Shown piece after piece: positions 11,714 to 21,300 of a DNA stretch of 64,000 bases (its first letter is position 1; every line of letters starts with the position of its first letter). The notes under the pieces are model-generated. The model was not told where the DNA came from. It made no database searches and worked only from the letters and a program-made list of their open reading frames with translations. The translations under genes and the position numbers were made by a program. The stretch spans positions 12,930 through 76,929 of the forward strand of contig CAWJQG010000016.1 of NCBI GenBank assembly GCA_963844925.1, in the 5' to 3' direction. This stretch comes from an uncultured Actinomycetota bacterium. GTDB lineage: Bacteria; Actinomycetota; Actinomycetes; Streptosporangiales; Streptosporangiaceae.

Positions 11714-13343
11714 ATGGGCAAGAAGCAGCGGGACTGCGCCGGCTGCGGCGCCCCGGTCGGGATCATCGGCCGCGAGCACTGCTGCCGGTGCGAGCGGAAG
11801 ATCCGCGAGGCCGCGGCGAAGGCGGAGTGCCCGGGCTGCGGGAAGCAGCGGGTCCTGCAGGAAGAGACCGGCCGGTGCGTCCTGTGCTCCCGGTGCTGCC
11901 GCGAGTGCGGGCACCCGGTCCGCCGCACCGAGGACACCTTGTGCCGGGACTGCCGGCGCAAGGCCCGGCAGGCCGCTGCCCAGCGGCCCTGCCCGCGCTG
12001 CGGCCGCCCCGGGTATCTCCGGGAGGCCACCGGCTGGTGCGGCCCGTGCTCCCGGCCCCGCCAGCAGAAGGACCCGCCCCGCGAAATGCGCCCAGTGCGG
12101 GCAGGTCAGACGGCATGCGGGGCTGGGCATGTGCTCGCGCCTGCTGGCAGCGCCGCCCGGACCGGGCCTTCGCCGCCGGCGCGGGCCTGGCGGCCCGGCT
12201 GGCCAGCCCGCCGGACTGGCTGGACGGGTTCATCGCCCACCTGGCCGGGGCCTACTCGCCGGCCCGGGCCTGCCAGCTGATCACCGCCCTCGGCCGGCTG
12301 CTCGACGAGGACGGGCAGCCCGCTCACCCGCAGGCACTGCTGGAACGGGCCCGCTGGCCGGGCCGGTCGATGGGCCCGCTGGCCCGCAGCCTGGAGACCT
12401 TCTTCACCGAGCACGGCCTCGCCCTGCCCACCGACCACGCCGAGCAGCTGGCCGCCGGGCGGCGGCAGCGCCGCGTCGACGCCGTTCCCGGGCCGCTGCG
12501 GCCGGCCGTGGCCGGGTTCGCCGGCTCGATGCTCGCCGCCCGCGCAGCGCGCCCGCCGGGCCGGCACCAGGCCGCAGGAGCGACCACACCATCGAGACGG
12601 CCCTGGCGACCATGCGCGACCTGGCGCTGTTCCTCGCCGACGAGCGCGGCAAGCAGGACTGGGCACTGGCCGACGTGCACGACATCGAGGCGTTCCTCGC
12701 CACCCTGCCCCGCGCGCGGAAACGGCGGCTGACCGTGCTGCGGCAGTTCTTCCGCTTCGCCCGCAGCCGCAAGATCATCCTCGCCGACCCCACCCGGGGC
12801 CTGACCGCCCGCGAGCCCCGCGGGTTCACCGGCCAGACGCTTCGCCTGGACCAGCAGCGCGAACTGTTCCGCCGCTGGACGACGGCCGTGACGCCCATCC
12901 GCACGAGGCGCTGCTGGGCATCCTCGCGCTGCTGCACGGCGCCTCCAGCGACGAGGTCCGGCACCTGCGCGTGAGCGACATCGACCAGGCGGCCGGACGG
13001 CCGGACTCGGCAGCCGTCCCCTCCCGGTGCCGCTCGACCCGGCGAGCTGGCAGGTCCTGCAGCGCTGCCTGGCCCACCGCGAGGCCCAGCGCACCGCGCA
13101 ACCCGCACGTGATCGTCACGAAGGGCACAAAGGCCGGGCGGTCGCCGGCCTCGGCCGCCTATATCAGCCATCGTCCTGGACGGCTGCGGCGTCCCGCCGC
13201 GGGCACTGCGCTGCACCCGCCTCGCGGACCTGGTCAACACGATGGACCCCAAGCTCGTCGCCGCCGCGTTCGGCATGAAGCCCGAGGGCGTCATGTTCTA
13301 CCTCGCCGACCACGTCGACCAGGGAATGCTCCCTGACCCGTAA
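11714..13343 (+). CDS. Multi-Cys Zn-finger protein with degenerate integrase-like C-terminus (several frameshifts)
   Basis: Repeated CxxC in 11714-12150; SAM-like LRQFFRFAR segment; LHGASSDEVRHL and RLADLVNTMDPKLVAAAFG segments; TAA at 13341-13343. Confidence 0.65.
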
Positions 13344-13378
13344 AGTCGAAGGCGCCAGATTCCCGCAGCAGGAGACCA

Positions 13379-13807
13379 ATGACAAGCCTGTCGTTCAGCT
13401 GGACACTGCGATACCAAGGATGGGCATTCTGCACCATCGCCGATTCCGGCGGCCGCGCCGAATGCATCGCCTCCGATATCACGCACGGCCCAGAGCAGTT
13501 TCTGCGCGCGGTTACCGCCATTGCCGAGGGCGGTGCATCTGCGCGGGCTGAGTTCGAAGGCGAACCGACAGTCTTCAGGTGGTTCTTCATCCGCGATGGC
13601 TCCGCCGCCACCGTACGCCTCGTCAAGGCCCCCGACCGCGACTCGCCGGACACCGATGGCCAGGTCATATGGTCCGGCCGCCATCCTGTCTCGGCCCTGG
13701 CACGTGCGGTACTGGCCGGCTTCGACCAGGCAGTATCTGAGCTCGGCGAGGCCGCCTACCGCGCCCAGTGGGGCCCGCCCTTCCCCGCGACGATGTCGAG
13801 GCGCTGA
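13379..13807 (+). CDS. Hypothetical cargo protein
   Basis: 142-aa ORF with AGGAG RBS; GWA, EGEP and WGPPFP motifs. Confidence 0.7.
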   Translation: MTSLSFSWTLRYQGWAFCTIADSGGRAECIASDITHGPEQFLRAVTAIAEGGASARAEFEGEPTVFRWFFIRDGSAATVRLVKAPDRDSPDTDGQVIWSGRHPVSALARAVLAGFDQAVSELGEAAYRAQWGPPFPATMSRR

Positions 13808-13924
13808 GGAACACAGCGCAGCAGCTAGCCGACAGGCCGCAGGCCACATCGCATGACGCTTCGCCCTGAACATGTCGGCTTTCGGCGCTGCCTTACACAT
13901 GTTGAGGCGAACATGTGCGCTTTT

Positions 13925-14556
13925 GACGGGTGAAGATTCGAGCTGACCGCGACGCTGCGGCGCTCGTAGGCGGCGTCGACGATGCGGTAGAGGCCCTCGG
14001 CGGCGTCGGGTCCGACGGGCAGGAGGCCGATGTCGTCGACGACGAGGTCGGCCCGCAGGATGCGGGCGATGGCCTTGGTGACGGAGTCGTCGGCCCTGTG
14101 CCGCCGGACCAGGGCGCCGACCTGCTCCAGGGTGAACCAGGCGACGTTCTTCCCGGCTGCGACGACTGCCTGGCCGAGTGCCTCGAGCATGAAGGTCTTG
14201 CCGGTGCCGGACGGGCCGCAGACGACGAGGTTCTCATGCCGGCCGATCCATTCCAGGGTCCGCAGCGCGGCCTGGGTCGGGGCCGGGACCGAGGACAGGC
14301 GCTCGTCCCATGCGTCGAACGTCTTCCCGGTGGGGAACGCGGCCCTCGCCCTGCGGGTGGCGAGGGAGGAGCGGTCGCGTCCGGCGACTTCTTCGGCGAG
14401 CAGGGCCCGCAGGACCTCGGCGGGGTCCCACCGCTGGGCCTTGGCCGTGGCGATGACCTCGGGGGCGATGCGCCGCATGTGGGGCAGCCGCATGCGGCGC
14501 AGCAGCTGTTCCAGCCCGTCGTCGAGCGGCGGCGGGGCCGGGGCGGCGGCGGTCAC
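13925..14556 (-). pseudogene. istB: IstB ATPase, N-terminal part (interrupted)
   Basis: GPSGTGKT Walker A, LVVDDIG Walker B, YERRSVAVSSN; homology stops at 13925. Confidence 0.9.
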
Positions 14557-14792
14557 CGGGTGCTCCTGACGGGCGTCGGGAAGTCGATGTGGTCGACGGC
14601 GAGGCAGGCGTCGTAGTGGACTTTGGCCAGCGGGGCGCCGGCGTGCGCGGCCAGCGCTGCTTCCTTCAGTGCCTGGTAGCCGGGGCCGCCGGCGTCCTTG
14701 GCCTGGGCGAAGACCATGGCGGCGGCCGCGAGGGCCTGCCGGATGAACGCCGCGTCCTGCGCGGACAGGACCACGGGCTGCGCGGCGGTCAC
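14553..14792 (-). CDS. Small hypothetical ORF between istA and istB
   Basis: 79 aa VTAAQPVVLSAQDAAF...; GTGA overlaps with both the istA stop and the istB start; GGAGG RBS. Confidence 0.6.
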   Translation of the reverse strand: MTAAQPVVLSAQDAAFIRQALAAAAMVFAQAKDAGGPGYQALKEAALAAHAGAPLAKVHYDACLAVDHIDFPTPVRSTR

Positions 14793-16330
14793 CGGTTTTC
14801 CTCCTGCCGGCCGTCGCGGGGGGCCCAGCCGCCGGTTCCCTGAGCGAGCGTGCGGGCCTCGCCGGCCCGGGAGGTCTCGCCGGGCGCCGCCGACGACTGG
14901 TGGGCGAGGATGGCGGCGAGGTCGCCGTCCGCGAACCGGCCCGCGGAGGCGGCCTGTCCGAGTGCCCGGTCGACCGGCTCGGTCCCGTGCAGGGCGGCGA
15001 GCTGGACGGCCCGGGCCATCTTGGACCGGACCCGGGAGGCGCCGGCCGCGGCGGCCTCGGCCAGCCACAGGCCGGCGCCGTCGCCGATGGCGAGGAACTC
15101 CGCCTCGGCGGCGGTGCGGGCCTTCGGCTCGCGGTTCAGCGCTCCGGGCGGGGCGGGCGGGTAGTGCGATTCGTCGAGACGCGGGCTGCCCGGCGAGGTG
15201 AGCAGGTGTCGGGCCACCTCGGCCGGCCCTTGCGGGCCGGCATGGGCGATGACGACCTGCTCGCCGTGCCGGCGGACGTGGACGACCTGCCCGGCGAGCT
15301 GGTGCGGGACCGAGTACTGGCCGCCCTCGAACGCGACCAGCGACATCGCGTCGGCCCGGCGGGTCACGCCCAGCGCCGCGGTGAACGGGAAGGCCGGCAC
15401 CGGGTGAAGCCGGGCCTGCTCGTCGGCGAGCATCTCCGCCGGCGCCCGCCGGGTGACCCGGTGCTGCCGGGCGTTGACCTGCTCGCAGAACAGCGCGCAG
15501 GCAGCTTCCAGGGCCGCGAAGCTGCCGTAATCCCCGAGCAGGTTCGCGGCCGTCGGGACCAGGTCGGCCTTGGCCAGCTTGACCGTGGACTCCGACCCGC
15601 CCTTGGACGCCGGGTCGTAAGGCACGCAGGTCGCGACCGTCAGCCCGTAATGCCGGCCGAACTCCACCGCCCCGGGGTTCCGCACCGGCATCCCGGCCAC
15701 GTGCTCGACGGTGACCGTCTTCTCGTTGTCGGTCAGCAGGTAGGCCGGCACCCCGCCGGCCCGCCGCAGCGCGACGTCGACGGCCGCCCAGACCGACGCC
15801 TGGGTCTTGCCCAGGATCGGGAGCACGACCCGGAACCTCGACCAGGCCAGCCACAGGCAGAACAGCACCGTCGCCGCCCCGGCGACCTCCGGCCCGTCGC
15901 CGAAGTCGTACTGCGCCCACATCCCCGGCTCCGGGACCCACGGGCGGAACACCCGCCGCCGGCCCGAGTGCCAGGCCTTCTTCAGCCGCGCGACCGCCCG
16001 CCGCGTCGTGCGCTCCGACCCCGCGTAGCCCATCGCGGTGATCTTCTCGTGGGCCACGTCGGCCCGGACCCTGCCCTTGCTCCGTTCGACGAGCTCCTCC
16101 AGCTTCGGCAGGAACCCGTCGATCACCCCGGGCCGGGGCGCTGACGCGCCCGGCACGAGCCGTCCTTCGTCTCTGGCCCGCACGTAGCGGGCTACCGTGT
16201 GGTGCGAGCAGCCGGCGAGCTCGCCAGCGTCGCGGAACGACCCCGTCAGGTCGTACGCCTCCAGGATGTTCATGATCTCCTCGGCACTCTTCACGCGTCC
16301 CCTTCCCGGGAAGCTGGTGTCAGTTGGCAC
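14789..16330 (-). CDS. istA: IS21-family transposase IstA
   Basis: QYDFG, WSRFR, LTDNEK, DPASKGGSE and YSVP motifs; true start probably GTG near 16294 (VKSAEEIM). Confidence 0.92.
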   Translation of the reverse strand: MPTDTSFPGRGRVKSAEEIMNILEAYDLTGSFRDAGELAGCSHHTVARYVRARDEGRLVPGASAPRPGVIDGFLPKLEELVERSKGRVRADVAHEKITAMGYAGSERTTRRAVARLKKAWHSGRRRVFRPWVPEPGMWAQYDFGDGPEVAGAATVLFCLWLAWSRFRVVLPILGKTQASVWAAVDVALRRAGGVPAYLLTDNEKTVTVEHVAGMPVRNPGAVEFGRHYGLTVATCVPYDPASKGGSESTVKLAKADLVPTAANLLGDYGSFAALEAACALFCEQVNARQHRVTRRAPAEMLADEQARLHPVPAFPFTAALGVTRRADAMSLVAFEGGQYSVPHQLAGQVVHVRRHGEQVVIAHAGPQGPAEVARHLLTSPGSPRLDESHYPPAPPGALNREPKARTAAEAEFLAIGDGAGLWLAEAAAAGASRVRSKMARAVQLAALHGTEPVDRALGQAASAGRFADGDLAAILAHQSSAAPGETSRAGEARTLAQGTGGWAPRDGRQEENR

Positions 16331-16726
16331 TGACCAGCCAAAACGGGAAGGGGACCCCAGCCCGGTAACCGGGCGGGAACGATCAGTTCGTGTCGGGCAG
16401 ACCCGTGGCCGCCAACGGGCAAAACTGATGTCCGTCAGCGGGCCGCTATCTGGCCGTCTGCGGGCAGTCTCTCGTGACCGCCGTCAAGCGTGCCCGCTAA
16501 AGGCCGGGTGGGGGCGTTGCTGATTCGCCGGTGCGCTCGTGAACGGCGACCAGAGTCGGCGTGGACTGTACTAGTTTCATTATGGCCGCAACGGCTGCCG
16601 GCTTCGTCCCCTGGCGAGACCATCCACGTGCTCATCCACACGTCGGTTGGAATCATCAGCGACGGTGGGATGACTTCGTCGAGGTTGCCGCGTCACGGTG
16701 TCGATGATTTCCCGGGAGGGATGCGT

Positions 16727-17557
16727 ATGTACAACTTGATCATTGGCTTCATTGACGGTGCGGCCTCCGAGGATCGCCTGCTTGAGCACACGGACGACAC
16801 GGTGCGGCAGTACGTTGCTCCGTCCGGCAAGGTGGATGTATCACGACTCGTCAGTCTCCCGACGCTGGGGATGCCAGAGCTGCGTGACAAGCGGTACCCG
16901 CAAGTAGCGCGCGTTGGCTACGTCGCAGATCTGGCCCTCGTGGGACGCGAGTACCGTTTCCGGTTCGTGCCTAACCCGGCAGTGCCAGCGATTGCCTCCG
17001 ATCGGATCGAGAGAGCGTCGCGGTGGCTGGATATCGCGGACTGGGAGTTCAGGCGCACACACTGGGCGGTTAAGAACGTCGATCTCTACCGAGTGCTTCA
17101 TGAGTCGGTCCTCGATTCCGCTGTGCCAAAGATCTTTCGGCTTCCAGTAGAGATCCCCGTCGAAAAAGATCTCGTGGCGGTCATGATGCCGTTTGATGCT
17201 CGATTCAACGCCGTTTACGCGGTGCTTCAGGCCGCGGCGATCGAGTCCGGGATGCGATGCCAGCGAGCTGACGACATCTGGGTAAATGACCATATAGTTG
17301 ATGACATTATTAACTTGATTTGGCGGGCTCGAGTTGTGATCGCCGACTTGAGCTCGAGAAATCCAAACGTCTTCTACGAGACGGGCATCGCCCACGCGCT
17401 CGGACGTGAGGTAGTTCAGATCGCACAGTCTATGGAAGACATTCCATTCGATCTTCGCGCAATTCGGTCACTGACCTATCTGAATAATGGCGAAGGACTC
17501 GAACGCCTGAAAATGCAGGTCGTCGAGCGCCTCAATTACCTGACCAAGGCAAGCTAG
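16727..17557 (+). CDS. Protein with C-terminal nucleoside deoxyribosyltransferase/TIR-like domain
   Basis: VMMPF...RADD...IADLSSRNPNVFYETGIAHALG..IPFDL motif; GGAGG RBS before 16727. Confidence 0.75.
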   Translation: MYNLIIGFIDGAASEDRLLEHTDDTVRQYVAPSGKVDVSRLVSLPTLGMPELRDKRYPQVARVGYVADLALVGREYRFRFVPNPAVPAIASDRIERASRWLDIADWEFRRTHWAVKNVDLYRVLHESVLDSAVPKIFRLPVEIPVEKDLVAVMMPFDARFNAVYAVLQAAAIESGMRCQRADDIWVNDHIVDDIINLIWRARVVIADLSSRNPNVFYETGIAHALGREVVQIAQSMEDIPFDLRAIRSLTYLNNGEGLERLKMQVVERLNYLTKAS

Positions 17558-17585
17558 CCTCAATCGTTAGAGCGGGATGATATAG

Positions 17586-20500
17586 ATGAGCAAGCCGGTC
17601 TCCGTCGGGATTGCCGAAGATCCGCCGGCAGGCGGGCGCGGCAGGACACGGCTCACGCTGCCGCAGGTATTGGGTCACGTGCAGACTGCGCCCCTTCCGA
17701 TACCGCTTCAGAACCCGGTTTCGCTGCCGCTCTACGATCTCGACCCGTATGTGCTGGAGCGGCTCGCTGCCGAGGTCGTCAGCCACCGGAACAACCGCGG
17801 AGCGCACTTCTACGGGCGGAGCGGGCAAAAACAGTACGGACTCGACATCGTCGAATTCGAATGGGACGGAAGCACTTCCCTATACCAGGTGAAGCGTTAC
17901 AAGACGCTCTCGTCCAAGCAGATGAAGCGCATCGTCGAAGAATATGCCGGTCCTGCGCGGAAAAGCGATCATGTCGGCCCGGCGCGCAGGTTCGATCCCC
18001 GGCGGTTCGTCATCGTGACCTCCGCGCTGGTAGAAGACGACACCGGGAACATCGACGGCCTGCAGGACCTACAGCAGGAGTACCACGGCGATCTCGCCCT
18101 CGAAGTCTGGGGCCGAGAGGCCCTCGGGCGGAAGCTGAGAGGCGCTCCGCACGCCGTCCTGGCGATTTTCGGTCCCGCATGGGCCGCGGCCTGGTGCGGT
18201 TTCGCCCCTCAGCAGCCACCGCCCGGATATCCCAGCGGCCTGGGGCTAGTTGGTGACCCGGTCGAGGCGCTCAACCTCGGCTCACTGCACGCGGACGCCC
18301 GCTCGCGGGAGGCAAGCGCCCCGGCGGATGCCGCTGCCCTATACGGCACGCTCGCCCGGAACCTGCGGGAAGGAGGCTTCCCAGGCCATGCGGCCCTCAT
18401 GCTTCAAAAGCAGGCTGCATTGGGCGAGATCGCGGGGAACCGGGACCTGGCATTCGAGCTTCTCTTCGAACTTGGCATGAACGCGGTGCTCGCAGGCGAA
18501 GACCTGATACACGGCCCACTGCGAGGCAAGCTCGATGGGGCATCGGCGCCCCTGAGCGGCCTGCAACTCGACAAGTCGGTTGTGCTGCGGGCGGCCGCCG
18601 ACTGGTACGAGCAGGGCAGCGTCCTGACACGTACCGTTCCCGCGCTGCGAAGGCTCTACACGGCTGGGGATCCGCACTGTGCCGTCCTCACTTGCCTGAT
18701 TATCGAGCAGGCGGTGGTGGACAGCCTCTATGACTACGAGCCCCCATACTCAGTCGTCGCACAGACCGACGGCGGTACCGACGCGCTCCTGCAAGACCTC
18801 GCCGAGCTGGCAGACTCTCTGGACGTTCCCGACCCGCTCATCCGAGCACGATTGCACTGCGCCGTCGCGGACGCGAAGCTTGGTCCAGCCGCCGACGAGG
18901 CCTCTGTCCAGCTGAGCTTCGGCCAAGTCGCCGATGATGCCCTGGCCGGCCGGTACCTGCATGCCCGGGGCACCGTCACGTCCCGCGCCGCCTACGCGTT
19001 TGCCGTCCGGGGCCATACAGACCGTGCTGTCACGCTATGGCGACAGTCCATCCTGGCGAGCAGTGAAGAAAGACTCTACGGCGACGCCCGCAACGCGTCC
19101 GACTCTTCCCGTCTGCTGGACCTGGAACGCGGCGTTCTGTCGCCCGGACTCGATACGCTCCCCAACGATCACCGCGCCCTGAGCGGTTCTTACGATCCCG
19201 CCCTTGCCGCTCTCGCGGCCGCGCACCGTGGCAAGCTTCCCGACGCATTCGGAGATGCCCGCCGCTACATCTGGGAAAGCAGGCTGGCGGGCCACCTTGC
19301 CGAGGAAATGCGCGCCATGTCGCTCTTCGGCGATGTACTCCGCGAGGGCGACCAGAAATCCGCCGCGGTCGCCTGCTACATCCTCGCTGGCGATTCAGAA
19401 AAGGCGGGCGAGACGGCCAGGGAACTGCCGGCACTGGCCGATGTCTCGACATGGATCTCATCTTCCCTGCGCCGTCGCAAATCAGCCGCGATCCAGGTGA
19501 CTGGGGCGCAGGCCCCGCTCGTCGATGACGGCGAGGTGCTCGCCGTCATCGGGATGCTGACCCAGGCCGCAGACGGCCTGTGGACATCCACGATCATCCA
19601 GCCGCACCCGGAACTGGACGCGGTCAGGGCCATCGCCTCCTTCGGCGTCCGCATCCCGGACGATGCCGTCGACCCGCTCCTAGAACTCGCTGCCCCGGCG
19701 CTCACACGGGCCACCGGCGTCAGCCCAGAGATCGCGCGTCTCGTCGTCGAGACCTATCACGCGTCGGAGGCCCGCCGTAGTGACCTGGCCGTAGCCCTCG
19801 CGGAAATGCTGGGCCTCCCGGACGGGCCGCAGGAACTCTGGCAGCTGACCGAAGCGATGCCAGCCGATACCAGGCAAGCCCTCATGCCGACCATCACCGA
19901 CATGGCGAGCAAGAAAGATCCAAGAGCGCTCGAGGTCCTGGCAGCCTGGCGACATCCCTCACATGCTGTGCAGTTGTCCGCGCGGCGCGCGTGCGCGGCC
20001 CTGCTGCGGCAACCAGTCGGCATCCCTAAGGAAGTGTTTCACGTAGGCTCCCAGGAAGTCACGACCGTGAGGCAATTGCTCGCGCTACTCGATGCCGAAG
20101 ATCTGTGCGCAGTGGCGCCTTCAGAGCTCACCGCCGAAAAATCGCCTCCGGCCGGCGCGATTCTGTTCTCGCATTCCGTGGGTACCCAGCTCACCGCCGT
20201 GTTCACCGCCACGGAAACTGAAGATCCAGGTGCGCAGCAGGCCAACCCCGCTTTGGCTTCCCGAGAACAGCCGCCCGCAGATACAGTCGACGCCGCTGCC
20301 GTGACATCAGCAGGGCCGGTCCAGGAACTTGCGAGCGCAGTCGGGGTGCACTTGGCCGCCATCGCCGGGGACACTGAGGCCGGAGCGGCAAGCAGGACAG
20401 GCGCACTGAGCGCCCTCCGGGTCCTGCTACCTTCCCTGCCTCGGATTACCTCAGCCGAGCTGGTACCGTCGCTGCTTGAGATCAGGCGCAATCCGGCGCT

Positions 20501-21041
20501 GTCGGCAGGCGACCAGTGGGAGATCGACTCCGACACGGGGCTGAGCCGATTCCGGATGCGAACCGGGGCCAGGCAACTGGGCCCGCTCGCGCTGGCGACC
20601 GCAGCGGAAGCCTTCGCGGCAGGCAGAGACGCAACTGATGAGCTGGAAGACCATGAGCTGGCAATCGTGAACGAGGTAGTCGCGCTCGCAGCCGAATCGC
20701 TCCGTGACACGGAACGGAGATCGCAGATCCCGCAGCTGGGCGCACTGGCCGTTGTCGCAGTCGCCCGCTCTGCTCCCGGGCTCTCCGCGTACTCCACGGG
20801 TCTAGTCTTCCACGGGAACGAAACGGTACGCGCAGCTGGCGCTAGGCATATGCCGGGCATCCCGCAGTTTTTCAGCGTAGCGAGCAAGGATCCGTCCTCG
20901 CGGGTTCGTATCGCTTTGGCGCACAGAGCCGCCAAACTGCCTGACGCCACTCGCGCCGCCCTGTCCGCCGATCCTCACATCGGCGTCCGCTGGGCGCTCA
21001 AGAAGAGTCTCCCCGTACTTACAGGCGACGAGGCTAGCTGA
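17586..21041 (+). CDS. Large protein: N-terminal PD-(D/E)XK restriction-endonuclease-like domain plus TPR/HEAT-like helical region
   Basis: LERL..YGRSGQKQYGLDI...YQVKRY motif; C-terminal DPSSRVR/DPHIGVR HEAT-like repeats. Confidence 0.7.
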   Translation: MSKPVSVGIAEDPPAGGRGRTRLTLPQVLGHVQTAPLPIPLQNPVSLPLYDLDPYVLERLAAEVVSHRNNRGAHFYGRSGQKQYGLDIVEFEWDGSTSLYQVKRYKTLSSKQMKRIVEEYAGPARKSDHVGPARRFDPRRFVIVTSALVEDDTGNIDGLQDLQQEYHGDLALEVWGREALGRKLRGAPHAVLAIFGPAWAAAWCGFAPQQPPPGYPSGLGLVGDPVEALNLGSLHADARSREASAPADAAALYGTLARNLREGGFPGHAALMLQKQAALGEIAGNRDLAFELLFELGMNAVLAGEDLIHGPLRGKLDGASAPLSGLQLDKSVVLRAAADWYEQGSVLTRTVPALRRLYTAGDPHCAVLTCLIIEQAVVDSLYDYEPPYSVVAQTDGGTDALLQDLAELADSLDVPDPLIRARLHCAVADAKLGPAADEASVQLSFGQVADDALAGRYLHARGTVTSRAAYAFAVRGHTDRAVTLWRQSILASSEERLYGDARNASDSSRLLDLERGVLSPGLDTLPNDHRALSGSYDPALAALAAAHRGKLPDAFGDARRYIWESRLAGHLAEEMRAMSLFGDVLREGDQKSAAVACYILAGDSEKAGETARELPALADVSTWISSSLRRRKSAAIQVTGAQAPLVDDGEVLAVIGMLTQAADGLWTSTIIQPHPELDAVRAIASFGVRIPDDAVDPLLELAAPALTRATGVSPEIARLVVETYHASEARRSDLAVALAEMLGLPDGPQELWQLTEAMPADTRQALMPTITDMASKKDPRALEVLAAWRHPSHAVQLSARRACAALLRQPVGIPKEVFHVGSQEVTTVRQLLALLDAEDLCAVAPSELTAEKSPPAGAILFSHSVGTQLTAVFTATETEDPGAQQANPALASREQPPADTVDAAAVTSAGPVQELASAVGVHLAAIAGDTEAGAASRTGALSALRVLLPSLPRITSAELVPSLLEIRRNPALSAGDQWEIDSDTGLSRFRMRTGARQLGPLALATAAEAFAAGRDATDELEDHELAIVNEVVALAAESLRDTERRSQIPQLGALAVVAVARSAPGLSAYSTGLVFHGNETVRAAGARHMPGIPQFFSVASKDPSSRVRIALAHRAAKLPDATRAALSADPHIGVRWALKKSLPVLTGDEAS

Positions 21042-21300
21042 CTTTCTGCACGCCATGCACTTAAGTCTCGCCCCGGGGGGGGGTCGCGTCGGGTCGAGTT
21101 CTTGCAGGTCGGAACGTTGGTGGAGTCCGAGGGCGTTGCGGTGGCTCCGGTGAGATCTGCGGTCATTGGCGCTTGGTTTGGCTCTTGCTGTGGGCCGCTG
21201 GGTGACCGGAGCCTCACGCGGCTGGGACGTGATTGGAAGACCTGCCGCTACCGGGGTTGCGGAGGCCGTTAGAAATACAGCGGTTGAGACGTCGCGGATC

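Larger units (their letters stand above)
10176..13924 (+). mobile_element. Tyrosine-recombinase mobile element (integrase + Xre HTH + Zn-finger/integrase-like gene + cargo) inserted in istB
   Basis: Removing it restores the istB frame; inverted GCACATGTT near both ends; ACATGT at 10188, 13870, 13897 and 13911. Confidence 0.8.
9931..16486 (-). mobile_element. IS21-family element with 6-bp target duplication, carrying a nested insertion in istB
   Basis: Ends TGTCAAGGG.. at 9931 and ..CCGCCGTCA at 16486; shared GGCGGTCACGAG..TGCCCGC subterminal repeats; AGCGTG at 9925-9930 and 16487-16492. Confidence 0.9.
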
